The translations under genes and the position numbers were made by a program. The notes beneath the pieces were generated by a model. The model saw only the letters and a list, made by a program, of their open reading frames with translations, had not been told where the DNA came from and did not search any database. Below are positions 11,266 to 21,018 of a stretch of 64,000 bases of DNA, in pieces. The DNA is taken from the IMG/VR virus record IMGVR_UViG_3300045977_000235, positions 1 through 64,000 of that record; one strand, given 5' to 3'. The DNA comes from a virus. Positions within the stretch are counted from its first letter, which is position 1; every line of letters begins with the position of its first letter.

Positions 11266-11790
11266 CTATCTTACACGCCTTGGTATATTTGCAAAACCAC
11301 CAGATCTAACATAACGTCTACTAGGAACAATCTTTTTTAAACTTAATCCTTCCCATTGACATTCAAAACTGACATTAAATAAATCAGTACGTGCATTGAG
11401 TATCACAAATTTATCATTACTATTTATTGGTGTTAATGCCGGATTTACTGTATTGACTACCCATATTGTCACTATCCATAATGGATCTAATACAGAAGTC
11501 CAAAATTCTTCTAATAATGCAATAACTGCTCTATCAATATTTGCTGTACTTAGTGTTAATCTTTTTAATTCTGAAGCACTATTATGTTCAACACTTCCTA
11601 ACTTAAATGGATATGGAGTAAATTCAATGCTATTAAATATTATCGGTTCATTATGATCTGTTACAGATCGTGATCCAAATATATCAGGATTTGTTGCAGT
11701 TCTAAATTGTAATAATAAACAATGAACCCAAGGTGTTGTTACGTGTAATTCATTTTTAAGTCTAATCAACTCCAAAGGCCATGTAATCAA
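11266..11790 (-). CDS. Minor tail / hub protein (lambda L N-terminal-like)
   Basis: DHNEPIIFNSIEFTPYPF, LTLSTANIDR, KIVPSRRY. Synteny between the Dit-like and K-like genes. Confidence 0.7.
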   Translation of the reverse strand: MITWPLELIRLKNELHVTTPWVHCLLLQFRTATNPDIFGSRSVTDHNEPIIFNSIEFTPYPFKLGSVEHNSASELKRLTLSTANIDRAVIALLEEFWTSVLDPLWIVTIWVVNTVNPALTPINSNDKFVILNARTDLFNVSFECQWEGLSLKKIVPSRRYVRSGGFANIPRRVR

Positions 11791-11817
11791 TTCTCTACCT
11801 CCTACCGATTAAATTAT

Positions 11818-12402
11818 TTAATAATATCGTTCAACTATTCTACATTTTAAATTATAATATCCTAAATTATCTATATCACGCCCGACAAGTTTTTCAGATC
11901 CTTCATATCCAACTTCATCTATAATGAGTCCCATATACGGAAAAAATATTCGTACTCCACCACCACTTATGTATTCTCCATTTCCTAACACACCAAGGAG
12001 TTCAAATGTTGTTCCATTGATATATTTTGCTCTATGTGTCCCATTTGCAGCAGTATTTCCTAACACACCAGTAATTGTAACTTTATCTAAATCTAATATA
12101 TTATGGTGAAATTCTGTTTCAACGGTTACTGGTTCTGTATTTGATACCATAACTATGTTCTGTGCAAATGGATACGTCCATTGAAATGATAAAACTGGAC
12201 CTCTTTGTGAACGTATAAAACGTTCTATAACATTCTTTTTATCGGCTGATAATCCCTTCCATTCTAATTCATATGCCCGTTTCGGTCGAATATGCCGTGG
12301 TCGAGTTTGATATAAATGTTTCTGATGGGTAGATTCTAACCACGGATCATGTATAGAAATAGGACTTACTTCTGATAATGGTATATTAGGAAATACAGGC
12401 AT
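11818..12402 (-). CDS. Distal tail protein (Dit / lambda M-like) with an inserted beta domain, copy 2
   Basis: R.YELEWKGLS..K..IERFI....G....FQWTYP; insertion ITGVLGNTAANGT. Paralogue of 15067-15669. Confidence 0.7.
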   Translation of the reverse strand: MPVFPNIPLSEVSPISIHDPWLESTHQKHLYQTRPRHIRPKRAYELEWKGLSADKKNVIERFIRSQRGPVLSFQWTYPFAQNIVMVSNTEPVTVETEFHHNILDLDKVTITGVLGNTAANGTHRAKYINGTTFELLGVLGNGEYISGGGVRIFFPYMGLIIDEVGYEGSEKLVGRDIDNLGYYNLKCRIVERYY

Positions 12403-12418
12403 AGCAATATATAACTCC

Positions 12419-13060
12419 TTATCCTAAATTATATAATTGAGTTTGATCAAATGAAACTATTGCATTAGTAGCTGTTAGATACCCACGTAAATAAACACCT
12501 TCATTATTACTTGATACTAATTTACCTTCAGATCCATCTGTTAATTGTGTTAATAATGCTAAATCAGAAAAATTAATCGCAGTTCCTTTTTTCAATGCAA
12601 AATAGATACCACCTATATTTGTAAGATCAACAATCCATTCAATTTGCATTCCGTAAACGGTATTTTGAGTAAGAGTTGTTGAAGCAGTAATTAAAGGAGT
12701 AGCACTAACATTACTTAATGTACTAAAATCTCCTCTTGTTAAACTATAAGAACCTGACATAAGAAATTCAAAACGATAAAATTGTCCATTGATTGTTCCT
12801 ATGTTATCTGCACTTCCCATACACACCAAACCAAATCCGTATCCATTTCCAGAAGAACTTTTTGGTTGTACAAGTGTACGTAGTCGTCCTTGTTCTAATC
12901 CTTTTGCTAATCCGCTCACATCTGTAGGAGTTAAATATCCTATTTGTGTTGAAGCTGTTGATGTTAAAGTTAATGAAGCAGCACCAACAATAGGAGAACT
13001 ACTGTCTATTGCAGCAGTCATAGTAGCTGATAAATTCTTATTCCATTGCGCGAAAGACAA
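12419..13060 (-). CDS. Tail-associated beta-rich protein, paralogue family (copy 5)
   Basis: MSFAQWNK..SPIVGAASL..GLAKGLEQGRLRTL..EWIVD..GG..KKGTAINFSDL..EGVYLRGY. TTG start. Confidence 0.78.
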   Translation of the reverse strand: MSFAQWNKNLSATMTAAIDSSSPIVGAASLTLTSTASTQIGYLTPTDVSGLAKGLEQGRLRTLVQPKSSSGNGYGFGLVCMGSADNIGTINGQFYRFEFLMSGSYSLTRGDFSTLSNVSATPLITASTTLTQNTVYGMQIEWIVDLTNIGGIYFALKKGTAINFSDLALLTQLTDGSEGKLVSSNNEGVYLRGYLTATNAIVSFDQTQLYNLG

Positions 13061-13071
13061 TGTATTTCTCC

Positions 13072-13719
13072 TTAAATCATTTCATATAATTGAGTGCTAT
13101 TAAAAAGCGTTCTTACTCCTGGTGACGCAGATCCATATGCCCGTAGATACAAACCTTCTGAACTACTCGTTGTTAAAATTCCAGCACCAGTATTTATCAT
13201 TTGTGTTACAACGGTCATATCAGAAAAATCAGTAGCTGTTCCTTTTCTCGTTACTAAATAAACTCCCCCTAAATTTGTAATATCTGCAATCCATTCCATT
13301 TCCATACTTCCAGCTACATTTAATGTAACAGTTTGCGTAGAAGAAGCTAAAGTAGTCCCTGGAATATCTGCACTTAAAGAACTTGTAGTTGCACGTGACA
13401 ATGTATATGCTGAATTAGAACGTAATTCATATCTATAAAAAGCACCACTATTATTTACTAAATCATCCAAACTTCCCATACACACTATACCAAATCCACA
13501 TGTATTACTTCCTCCTAATGTTAATTTAAATAACGTCCGTAATTTTCCTCTCTCTAAACCCTGTGCTAAACCACTTGCATCTAAAGGTGTTGTATACGTA
13601 GCTTGACCTATCCCATGTGCTTCTAAGCATAAAGAAGATGATGCTAAAATAGGAGAAAGATATTGTATGTATATTCCGCTATTTACCTGTAGATATTTAC
13701 CCCATTGAGAAAACGACAA
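13072..13719 (-). CDS. Tail-associated beta-rich protein, paralogue family (copy 4)
   Basis: MSFSQW..SPILASSSL..GLERGKLRTL..EWIADITNLGG..RKGTATDFSDM. TTG start. Confidence 0.78.
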   Translation of the reverse strand: MSFSQWGKYLQVNSGIYIQYLSPILASSSLCLEAHGIGQATYTTPLDASGLAQGLERGKLRTLFKLTLGGSNTCGFGIVCMGSLDDLVNNSGAFYRYELRSNSAYTLSRATTSSLSADIPGTTLASSTQTVTLNVAGSMEMEWIADITNLGGVYLVTRKGTATDFSDMTVVTQMINTGAGILTTSSSEGLYLRAYGSASPGVRTLFNSTQLYEMI

Positions 13720-13729
13720 TTGTATCTCC

Positions 13730-14377
13730 TTATGCTAATAAGAAAAGTTGTGTATTATCAAATGAAACTTTTGCTTCTGAAACTGAAGTATATCCGCGTA
13801 AATATATACCTTCACCAGCACTTGTTATGAGTTGTTGATAATTTGAATCTGTTAATTGACTTAATAATGCTAAGTCAGAAAAATTCGTAGCAGTTCCTTT
13901 TTTAAGAGATATATACACCCCACCTAAATTTACTTGATCAGCAACCCATTCCATTTCCATACTGTATATTGTATTTACAGTTAAAGTCGTTGCTGTACTA
14001 CTTATTAATACTGTACCAGGAGTACCAGTAGCTAATGTATTACCGTTTGCTCTGACAAGGCCATAAGATCCTGTACTAAAAAATTCAAAACGGTAAAAAT
14101 CACCATTTGATGTCCCTATGTTATCGGCGCTTCCCATACACACTAACCCAAATCCATACCCATTTGTCATTGTACTTCGTGGTCTTGTTAATGTTCGTAA
14201 TCGTCCTTGTTCAATACCTTTTGTTAAACCACTAACATTTGTAGGAGTTAAATATGCAACATCAGATCCACCAGTTGATGTTAAAGTTAATGAATATGCT
14301 CCAACAATAGGAGAAGTATTATCTATAAGAGCAGTCATTGTACCTGACAAATGTTTATTCCATTGAGAAAAAGACAA
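13730..14377 (-). CDS. Tail-associated beta-rich protein, paralogue family (copy 3)
   Basis: MSFSQWNK..SPIVGAYSL..TKGIEQGRLRTL..EWVADQVNLGG..KKGTATNFSDL. TTG start. Confidence 0.78.
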   Translation of the reverse strand: MSFSQWNKHLSGTMTALIDNTSPIVGAYSLTLTSTGGSDVAYLTPTNVSGLTKGIEQGRLRTLTRPRSTMTNGYGFGLVCMGSADNIGTSNGDFYRFEFFSTGSYGLVRANGNTLATGTPGTVLISSTATTLTVNTIYSMEMEWVADQVNLGGVYISLKKGTATNFSDLALLSQLTDSNYQQLITSAGEGIYLRGYTSVSEAKVSFDNTQLFLLA

Positions 14378-14388
14378 TGTATCTCTCC

Positions 14389-15039
14389 TTATACAAACTC
14401 ATATAATTGGGTAGTATCAAATAACACTCTTACAGCCCCTCCAGAGGTATATCCCCTCAAATAAATACCTTCAGAATTACTTGTTCCTAAAACTTGTGCT
14501 CCCATATCCAATACTTGTCCTAAAACAACCATATTAGAAAAATCTATAGCAGTTCCTTTTCGTATTACTAAAGATACTCCACCTAAATTTACTGGATCAG
14601 CTACCCATTCAATTTCTATACCATATGTTACATTTTGAGCAATACCTGTTGAACCAGAATTTAATGTTACATTAGGACTTCCTACATTTAATATATTAGT
14701 ATTTGATCGTGCTAAAGCATAGGTTCCATTTGAAAATAATTCATACCTATAAAAAGGACCAGCAGTCGTAACAATAGTCTCTGAAACTACCATAATAACA
14801 AGACCGAATCCACAACCATTACTTGTACTTGATTTTAAATTTACCAAAGTCCGTAATTTTCCTTTTTCTATTCCTTTTGTAAAGCCACTTGTATTAGAAG
14901 GTGTTAAATATAAAGCTGCACTAGCCGTGACAGAATTTAAAGCTACTGACGCTAGTCCACCAATAGGTGTAGCTAAATCTAAAGCTACGGAAGTATATAT
15001 ACTGTCTGATACATTTTTATTCCATTGAGCGAACGACAA
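14389..15039 (-). CDS. Tail-associated beta-rich protein, paralogue family (copy 2)
   Basis: MSFAQWNK..TPIGGLASV..TKGIEKGKLRTL..EWVADPVNLGG..RKGTAIDFSNM. TTG start with GGAGGT RBS. Confidence 0.78.
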   Translation of the reverse strand: MSFAQWNKNVSDSIYTSVALDLATPIGGLASVALNSVTASAALYLTPSNTSGFTKGIEKGKLRTLVNLKSSTSNGCGFGLVIMVVSETIVTTAGPFYRYELFSNGTYALARSNTNILNVGSPNVTLNSGSTGIAQNVTYGIEIEWVADPVNLGGVSLVIRKGTAIDFSNMVVLGQVLDMGAQVLGTSNSEGIYLRGYTSGGAVRVLFDTTQLYEFV

Positions 15040-15066
15040 AATATCACCTCCATTAAATTATTTAAT

Positions 15067-15669
15067 CTATAGCAAATCATTTACCTTGAATATTTCTTGA
15101 AGTGTTACTGCTAAAGTATACACTCCTCTATCATCTATATCAGGGCCAAGTGTTTTACCAAAACCAGCAAAAAAATCTTCATCAGATGTTACACGGATAT
15201 TCGGAAGATACAATTTTGCTGTTCCTCCACCTGCATATGTTCCTGTACCACTTGATCCTACTAATTGAAATGAAGTAGCTGTGACATTTTGTATTGTAAA
15301 CGTTCCATTTGCTCCTGTGTTACCTGTTACACCTGCTACAATAACTGTATCACCTGTATACAAGTTATGTGTATATGCTGTTGTTATCGTAATAGGTGTT
15401 GTTTCTGGTGCATTGACTATTGTAAATCCATAAGGATACGTCCATTGTATAATAGATCCAGCCAAGTGTACATCTACAAGAAATTTAATAAATCTATTCT
15501 TTTGTGCGGCAGTTAAATACACATATTCAAGATCCCATTTTCTTAATCCTCTTGAATATTGTGATTCAGTATAGGTGTAACCACTATCGTATAATATTTC
15601 CTTAAAAACCTCTATCAGTTTAACAGGATTAATACGAGAAGGTAAAGGACTTCCAGGCCATGCAACCAT
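15067..15669 (-). CDS. Distal tail protein (Dit / lambda M-like) with an inserted beta domain, copy 1
   Basis: First gene after the tape measure. RKWDLEYVYLT..QK..FIKF....G..IQWTYP; insertion VAGVTGNTGANGTF. Confidence 0.72.
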   Translation of the reverse strand: MVAWPGSPLPSRINPVKLIEVFKEILYDSGYTYTESQYSRGLRKWDLEYVYLTAAQKNRFIKFLVDVHLAGSIIQWTYPYGFTIVNAPETTPITITTAYTHNLYTGDTVIVAGVTGNTGANGTFTIQNVTATSFQLVGSSGTGTYAGGGTAKLYLPNIRVTSDEDFFAGFGKTLGPDIDDRGVYTLAVTLQEIFKVNDLL

Positions 15670-15681
15670 TTTTATCTCTCC

Positions 15682-18600
15682 TTATCGTGCCTTTGCAACA
15701 CCTTTAACAGATCTATACACTGAACCCCTACTTTCTAAATCTTCATTGATTGTGTTAATGATAGCCTTCTTGTCTCTCGCCATTGATTCTGCTTTACCTT
15801 TTTCTACAACGTTAATAATAGTTACTTCAAATGGATGATCAGATGGACCTCCCATATCCATACCTGTATTCATTCCACCATATATTGAAACAGGTACAGT
15901 ACCATTTTGGAGAGGTATTACTGCTTCTGGACCTCTTTCTGCTAATCGTGATACTGTAGGTCTAGTAAGCACTCCACCTTGGGCTTTTGCTGGCATTGAT
16001 GTTACAAAGTTTCCAGTTAAACCTGTACTAAATGATTGTCCTAATCTCTGTCCAATAGTCCCACCTGCACCACCTGCACCACCAACAATACTCAAAATAA
16101 TGAACTGTGCTACAGCTTGAATAACAAATTTAATGATGATTTTTAGTAGTTCCTTCAATGTTTGTTTATATTCTTCTTTTGTTGTTTTAACACCTATAAC
16201 CATATTTCCTAGTGCTTCACCAATTTGATCTGAAACACCCATAATAGTATCAGCAAGTTTTTTCCATACTTTTTCTTCTTCTTTTGCGTTTTTATCTGCT
16301 ACTTTCATTGCGGCATCTAATTTTGTTTTACCTGTCGTCCAAATATCCATAGCATTTGCTGCACTAATTAAATCATCTCTTGCTTGCTGTACTTGTGGTG
16401 AACCTTCTCCAAATATTTTATACATACCTAATAATGAAAATGTTGCAATATCTACTTGTGATTTAAGATACGCCTGAGTATCACCTAAAGCACCAAATTC
16501 TTCTTCTGCTTCTACGGTTTTTAATTTTATTTTATCCATTAAATCCGCATATTTTTCTTCTCCTTTTGCTTGAGCTAATGCTTCTTCTTCAGCAGTTATT
16601 CTATCTGCCAAACTTTTAACTGCTGGTGAAGTTTCACCTAATAATTTAATTAAAGCCCTATGTGCAGTATTTAATGCTGTTATACGTTGTTGTATAGCAT
16701 TCACTTTGTCTGCATATGTTCCACCATGAATAGCAGCATTATCAAATGATGCATTCAATGTTTCCATTATTTTCTTTTGTGCATCGGCAGCTTTTGAATC
16801 TGCTAATGCTGTTTGTAATTCTTTTATTTTTGCTGTTAAACTCGCTACTTCGGTTTTATTATCACCACCAGCTTTTAAAACTTCTCGTAATCGAGACTCA
16901 TATGCATTTAATTCAGTTTGTATTGATTCTGTTGTAACACCTAATAATTGTTGTTCTCTTGTTAATGCAGCAGTAGTCGCTTTAAAATCATTACTATCTT
17001 TTATAGCTTTTTTTGTTACATTTGTATATTTATCTAATGCTGCTTCGTTTTCTTTATATTGCTGTCCAACTTTTGTGAGAATATTTTTTGCTGTATCATC
17101 ATTTACTGCTGCAATATCATCTAATGCCTTTTTTAAATGCTTACTTTTTTCTCGTAACCTATCTTCTTCATCACCTGTTGCTTTAAATTTTTTCTCAACA
17201 ATTTCTAATGATTTTGCAAGTTCATTATATAATTTTTGTGATTCTGTCGGGGGCATACCAGCTACTGCTGTAGGTGCAGCTTTTCCTTTAGGAGCAGGAG
17301 CAGGTGTAGGTGCTGCTGCTGCTTGCTCTCTTGGATCAGTCTCTTGTACAGTAAGTGGTTTTGGTGGATTTGCAACCATAGTATCATATTTTTTACGTAC
17401 TACAATAAGATCTTCGTTTTTCTTTATTTCCTTATCAATATTTGCAAGTGTATTACCCCATTCAAAATGAATAACAGATTTCTTTCTTGATTCTATAATT
17501 TCTTCTTTTTTCTTTTTCAATCCATCAAGTGTTTCAGTATATTTTTCAACAGTATCTAAACCTTTTATCTCAATTTGAAGCGCGGGCATATTTTGATATT
17601 TGGTTTCAATCTCTTTAAGTTGTTTTTTAATTTCTTCGCCTTGTGCCCATTGACTACCAGGATCTCCACCTTGTTCTTTTGCAAGTTTAGCTTGCCCTTC
17701 TTTTAATTTCCTTACTTGTTCAATCAACGATTTTTCATCTGCCCCTGCTGCTTCTGCTTGCCGTAATGCTGTTTGCGCTTTACGCGCTTCATTTGCCTCT
17801 GCTCGCATCAATCCCATTGCTTTTGCAGTTTTATGTGCCCATGATTCCGTATCTTGTAAATGATCACGAAGGGTTATAAGACCAGCAATGCCTGCTGCTG
17901 CCCATCCAGCAGGTGTCATACTAAGAAAAGCAAGTCGTACTAAACCTGCTACTTTTATGACCGTATACATTGTTCCAATTATAGCTAAAAATTCAGCACC
18001 CATACTCACAAGACTTTTTACTGCATCTACTGTTGCTGGATCAAGAGTCAATATAGCAGCAACTAAATCTCGTATTTGTGTTATTGTTTTTGTAATAGCT
18101 CCACCAACATCAGATAATAATACGTTTGAAACCGTTTTCAACGTATTCATCAAAATCTTCCATTGATCTGACATACCTTGTGTTGCTACTTGCATTTGTT
18201 TTGCAAGTGTATCTGTTTTTATTCCTGCGGCAGCAATAGCCTGTCCATAAACATCTACTGCTCCACCTGTTTGCTGTAACACACGACTAATACGTTGTGA
18301 ATCAAGTCCTAATACATCTAATTTTTCATGTAAAGTTGTTAAACCACCTGGATCATTCGCTAATTTACTTGTAGCCATGAAAAACTTTTGTAAAAGTTGA
18401 CTTGGATCAGTTTTTTGTAATTCTACAAATGCTTCACGTGTTAATCCTGTCATTTCAGCAAGAGTTTGCAATTCTTTTCCGCCATTTGTTACTGCTGCGG
18501 CTATAACTTCTGCTAATTCAGACATAGCAGTACCACCAGCTTCAGCATTGATATTAGCGGCTCTCATTGCACCAGACCATGCAATAATTTGTTCTTTATT

Positions 18601-19515
18601 TAATCCAATAGCTTTACCTGATTGTGCCCATCGTGAAGCTAATTGCATGATTTCTGTTTGATTTGTTGTCAATGCATCTGAAACATTTGTAGCTATATTT
18701 GCTGTTTCACGTAATTTATCGTGTCCTTCTCCTAATACAGAATTAAATCGTGCAATCTTTATTAATGTTTCTGTCGCTGAAGTACCCATAGCAAGCTGTA
18801 AATCAGATGCAGTTTTTAATGCCTGACTAAATTCATTTGCAGGTACACCCATACGAACAAGTTCTTGTGCCAAACTTGATAATTCACTTGTTGCTAAAGG
18901 AACTGTTGTACTTATCTGTCGAAAAGCCTCAGTTACTTTACCAAATTCTTCTGGTTTAACAAGTTTCAAAACTTGATTTAATTGATGCTCAAAATCAGCA
19001 AAACTTGATATAATTGTTTTTGCAGCAAACCCTGCTGATATACTCCCTAAAGCAGTCCGTAAACTCATTGAACCAGTTTCAACTGATTTCATCTTACTTT
19101 GTGTTTGGCCTAAAGCATTATTGACATTATTTAAAGCAGTAGGTGCTGTTTGTCCTACATGTGTAGCGGCTTGAGCAACTTTATTTAATGCTCCTGCTAC
19201 ACCATTCAAAGAATTTAATGATGCACCACCTATTTTTGTTAATATAGCATCTAATTTTGTAAAAGAATTTGCAACAGTACCTAAAATAGCTGATTGATTT
19301 TTTAATACTGTTGCTGTTTGTGCGCTAATTTGACTAAATGAAGTAAGGTGGGGAGAAATAGCTGTAAGTGCTTTTCCAAATATTTTTCCAGCAGCTTCAG
19401 AATCATATAAAGCCTTATTGAGTCCTGCAAGTGCAGCTATAGCTTGACGAACAGAATCAACAAATCCTGTTGAATTTCCAGTAAATTTAACTGCAACATG
19501 TCCTACTATAGCCAT
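15682..19515 (-). CDS. Tail tape measure protein (TP901-type core)
   Basis: 1277 aa, Ala/Lys-rich and helical. FADFEHQLNQV, AEAGGTAMS, C-terminal AQGGVLTRPT..LAERGPEAVIPL. Follows the tail chaperones. Confidence 0.95.
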   Translation of the reverse strand: MAIVGHVAVKFTGNSTGFVDSVRQAIAALAGLNKALYDSEAAGKIFGKALTAISPHLTSFSQISAQTATVLKNQSAILGTVANSFTKLDAILTKIGGASLNSLNGVAGALNKVAQAATHVGQTAPTALNNVNNALGQTQSKMKSVETGSMSLRTALGSISAGFAAKTIISSFADFEHQLNQVLKLVKPEEFGKVTEAFRQISTTVPLATSELSSLAQELVRMGVPANEFSQALKTASDLQLAMGTSATETLIKIARFNSVLGEGHDKLRETANIATNVSDALTTNQTEIMQLASRWAQSGKAIGLNKEQIIAWSGAMRAANINAEAGGTAMSELAEVIAAAVTNGGKELQTLAEMTGLTREAFVELQKTDPSQLLQKFFMATSKLANDPGGLTTLHEKLDVLGLDSQRISRVLQQTGGAVDVYGQAIAAAGIKTDTLAKQMQVATQGMSDQWKILMNTLKTVSNVLLSDVGGAITKTITQIRDLVAAILTLDPATVDAVKSLVSMGAEFLAIIGTMYTVIKVAGLVRLAFLSMTPAGWAAAGIAGLITLRDHLQDTESWAHKTAKAMGLMRAEANEARKAQTALRQAEAAGADEKSLIEQVRKLKEGQAKLAKEQGGDPGSQWAQGEEIKKQLKEIETKYQNMPALQIEIKGLDTVEKYTETLDGLKKKKEEIIESRKKSVIHFEWGNTLANIDKEIKKNEDLIVVRKKYDTMVANPPKPLTVQETDPREQAAAAPTPAPAPKGKAAPTAVAGMPPTESQKLYNELAKSLEIVEKKFKATGDEEDRLREKSKHLKKALDDIAAVNDDTAKNILTKVGQQYKENEAALDKYTNVTKKAIKDSNDFKATTAALTREQQLLGVTTESIQTELNAYESRLREVLKAGGDNKTEVASLTAKIKELQTALADSKAADAQKKIMETLNASFDNAAIHGGTYADKVNAIQQRITALNTAHRALIKLLGETSPAVKSLADRITAEEEALAQAKGEEKYADLMDKIKLKTVEAEEEFGALGDTQAYLKSQVDIATFSLLGMYKIFGEGSPQVQQARDDLISAANAMDIWTTGKTKLDAAMKVADKNAKEEEKVWKKLADTIMGVSDQIGEALGNMVIGVKTTKEEYKQTLKELLKIIIKFVIQAVAQFIILSIVGGAGGAGGTIGQRLGQSFSTGLTGNFVTSMPAKAQGGVLTRPTVSRLAERGPEAVIPLQNGTVPVSIYGGMNTGMDMGGPSDHPFEVTIINVVEKGKAESMARDKKAIINTINEDLESRGSVYRSVKGVAKAR

Positions 19516-19538
19516 AGAACTACCTCATTCCGATTAAA

Positions 19539-19886
19539 TTATTTAACCTTTCCTACTTGTTCTCGTAAAACTTGCAATGACTGTTTCCAATCAGCCTTTG
19601 TCTCTTTTTTACCACGATAATCATGGAGCATAAAATCATCAAATTTTGGTTTAGCTCCTTTTCCTGTACTCCAACTTGTTACCATAACATATGCTCCTAA
19701 AGCATATCTTCTATCTGTACGTTCTTCGGCATTTAAATATCGTTTCATAATCGAATCAAATTCTACCGGAGTAATAGACCAGAAAAATTCATCAGTTAAA
19801 CCTAAATCAAAAATAGCCATAGACCATATGTTTAACCAAAAGTGTCTAGGATCTTTGTCTAATTCTCCGTCAGATTCTCTAAAGGG
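19539..19886 (-). CDS. Tail assembly chaperone, T portion (expressed as a G-T fusion through a -1 frameshift)
   Basis: The -1 frame is open from the slippery site (PFRESDGELDKDPRHFWLNIWS) into LGLTDEFFWSITPVEF. Confidence 0.85.
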   Translation of the reverse strand, partial: PFRESDGELDKDPRHFWLNIWSMAIFDLGLTDEFFWSITPVEFDSIMKRYLNAEERTDRRYALGAYVMVTSWSTGKGAKPKFDDFMLHDYRGKKETKADWKQSLQVLREQVGKVK

Positions 19887-20245
19887 ACAGTTTCTACCTC
19901 ATCATCCTTTGGAATAGATGCAGCAATAGCTTCACTTACAGCCATAATGACTCTTGAAAGATCTGCAAAAAGCAAATTATCTCCAACTCTATCTAAAGTA
20001 AGTTTTGGATCTTCATGAAGTAACCCTGACCATACTAAAATAAGAAGATCTGTAAGAGAAATTTGTGTAAAATCTACAGTCTCTTTATCAACAAACATAG
20101 CCATGTTTTTAAAGACTTCTAATGCTGTGGTGGGTGTTCCTTTTAGTTTGGTAAGTTCTAATTCTGCTTTCATGAACGCATTCCAATTATAAAGCAAATG
20201 ACGTTCTTTTTCTAACATAAATGGTACGGTTTGTATTACTGGCAT
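19859..20245 (-). CDS. Tail assembly chaperone G
   Basis: ATG 20245 with GGAGGT RBS; LVWSGLLHEDPKLTLDRVG. Lies between tail tube and tape measure. Confidence 0.85.
   Translation of the reverse strand: MPVIQTVPFMLEKERHLLYNWNAFMKAELELTKLKGTPTTALEVFKNMAMFVDKETVDFTQISLTDLLILVWSGLLHEDPKLTLDRVGDNLLFADLSRVIMAVSEAIAASIPKDDEVETVPLENLTEN
19880..19886 (-). other. -1 programmed ribosomal frameshift slippery heptamer C CCT TTA
   Basis: X XXY YYZ pattern in the G frame, a few codons before its TAG stop. A -1 shift joins the downstream ORF in frame, the canonical G/GT position. Confidence 0.85.
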
Positions 20246-20374
20246 TTTATACCTCCATAAAATAAATCTCAATGTAATTAAATAATTTAATCGAAAACAG
20301 AATCCTTTATATTTTATATATAATCTCTTTATAAAACATAAAGGATTCATTATTTATTCCATCTGTTATATTAA

Positions 20375-20818
20375 TTATACTCCAGTAAATGTAGGTTCTC
20401 CAGTTACACGTAACCTAGATGTGAATGCAAGCTTATCTTCAACATCAGCAGTATGTGTTACTTCAACTGTTATTGCCTTAAATTCAAACTGTGTATTATC
20501 AGGATCAGGAAAAACTAACTGATAATTTCGTTGTGTGCCTTCATCAAATAACCATAACATACCTGTGTTTATCGTCATATCATGTGTTGCTGATGCAGGA
20601 ATGTAGTTTCCTTCAAGCGTAATTTCCATACTCTTTAAACCACGTACAAATTCTCGCCATGCATCAAGAGAATCGTGACTCGTTACATCTAATTCATCTG
20701 CTGTTAATGACGATGTAATAGAACTAATTTCAGCAACCGCTGTAAATGTTTCTGTCCCTGTTTGTCCATTACCAACTTTTAAAATTGTACCCCATGCGTG
20801 TAAACCTAAACTTGCCAT
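20375..20818 (-). CDS. Major tail tube protein
   Basis: GTILKVGNG..FTAVAEISSI..DELDVTSHDS..WREFVRGLK..ITLEGNY..F...LRVTGEPT. Confidence 0.9.
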   Translation of the reverse strand: MASLGLHAWGTILKVGNGQTGTETFTAVAEISSITSSLTADELDVTSHDSLDAWREFVRGLKSMEITLEGNYIPASATHDMTINTGMLWLFDEGTQRNYQLVFPDPDNTQFEFKAITVEVTHTADVEDKLAFTSRLRVTGEPTFTGV

Positions 20819-20864
20819 AAATCATACCCTTTCACTTAAATAATTTAATAACCATAAAGAAGAA

Positions 20865-21017
20865 TTATTCTTCTTCTACCGAATCCTTTTCAATATCTTC
20901 TGAGTTGATACACAATTGCCGTATTTCTTCATAGACTTCATCACTAATAGCTTTTTCATTATGTAAACTTGTTGCTGTTTCATAAATCGCTTGAACTAAT
21001 TCACTTTTAGAACTCAT
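20865..21017 (-). CDS. 50-aa acidic protein resembling the N-terminal segment of HigA/XRE-type antitoxins
   Basis: MSSKSELVQAIYETATSLHNEKAISDEVYEEIRQLC; starts one base after the upstream stop. The resemblance is from memory only. Confidence 0.45.
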   Translation of the reverse strand: MSSKSELVQAIYETATSLHNEKAISDEVYEEIRQLCINSEDIEKDSVEEE

Positions 21018-21018
21018 T

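Noticed and set aside
10590-15039. Diversity-generating retroelement or invertible cassette behind the paralogue array
   Set aside because: No reverse transcriptase or invertase in the window; all copies are co-oriented, have their own RBS and diverge throughout.
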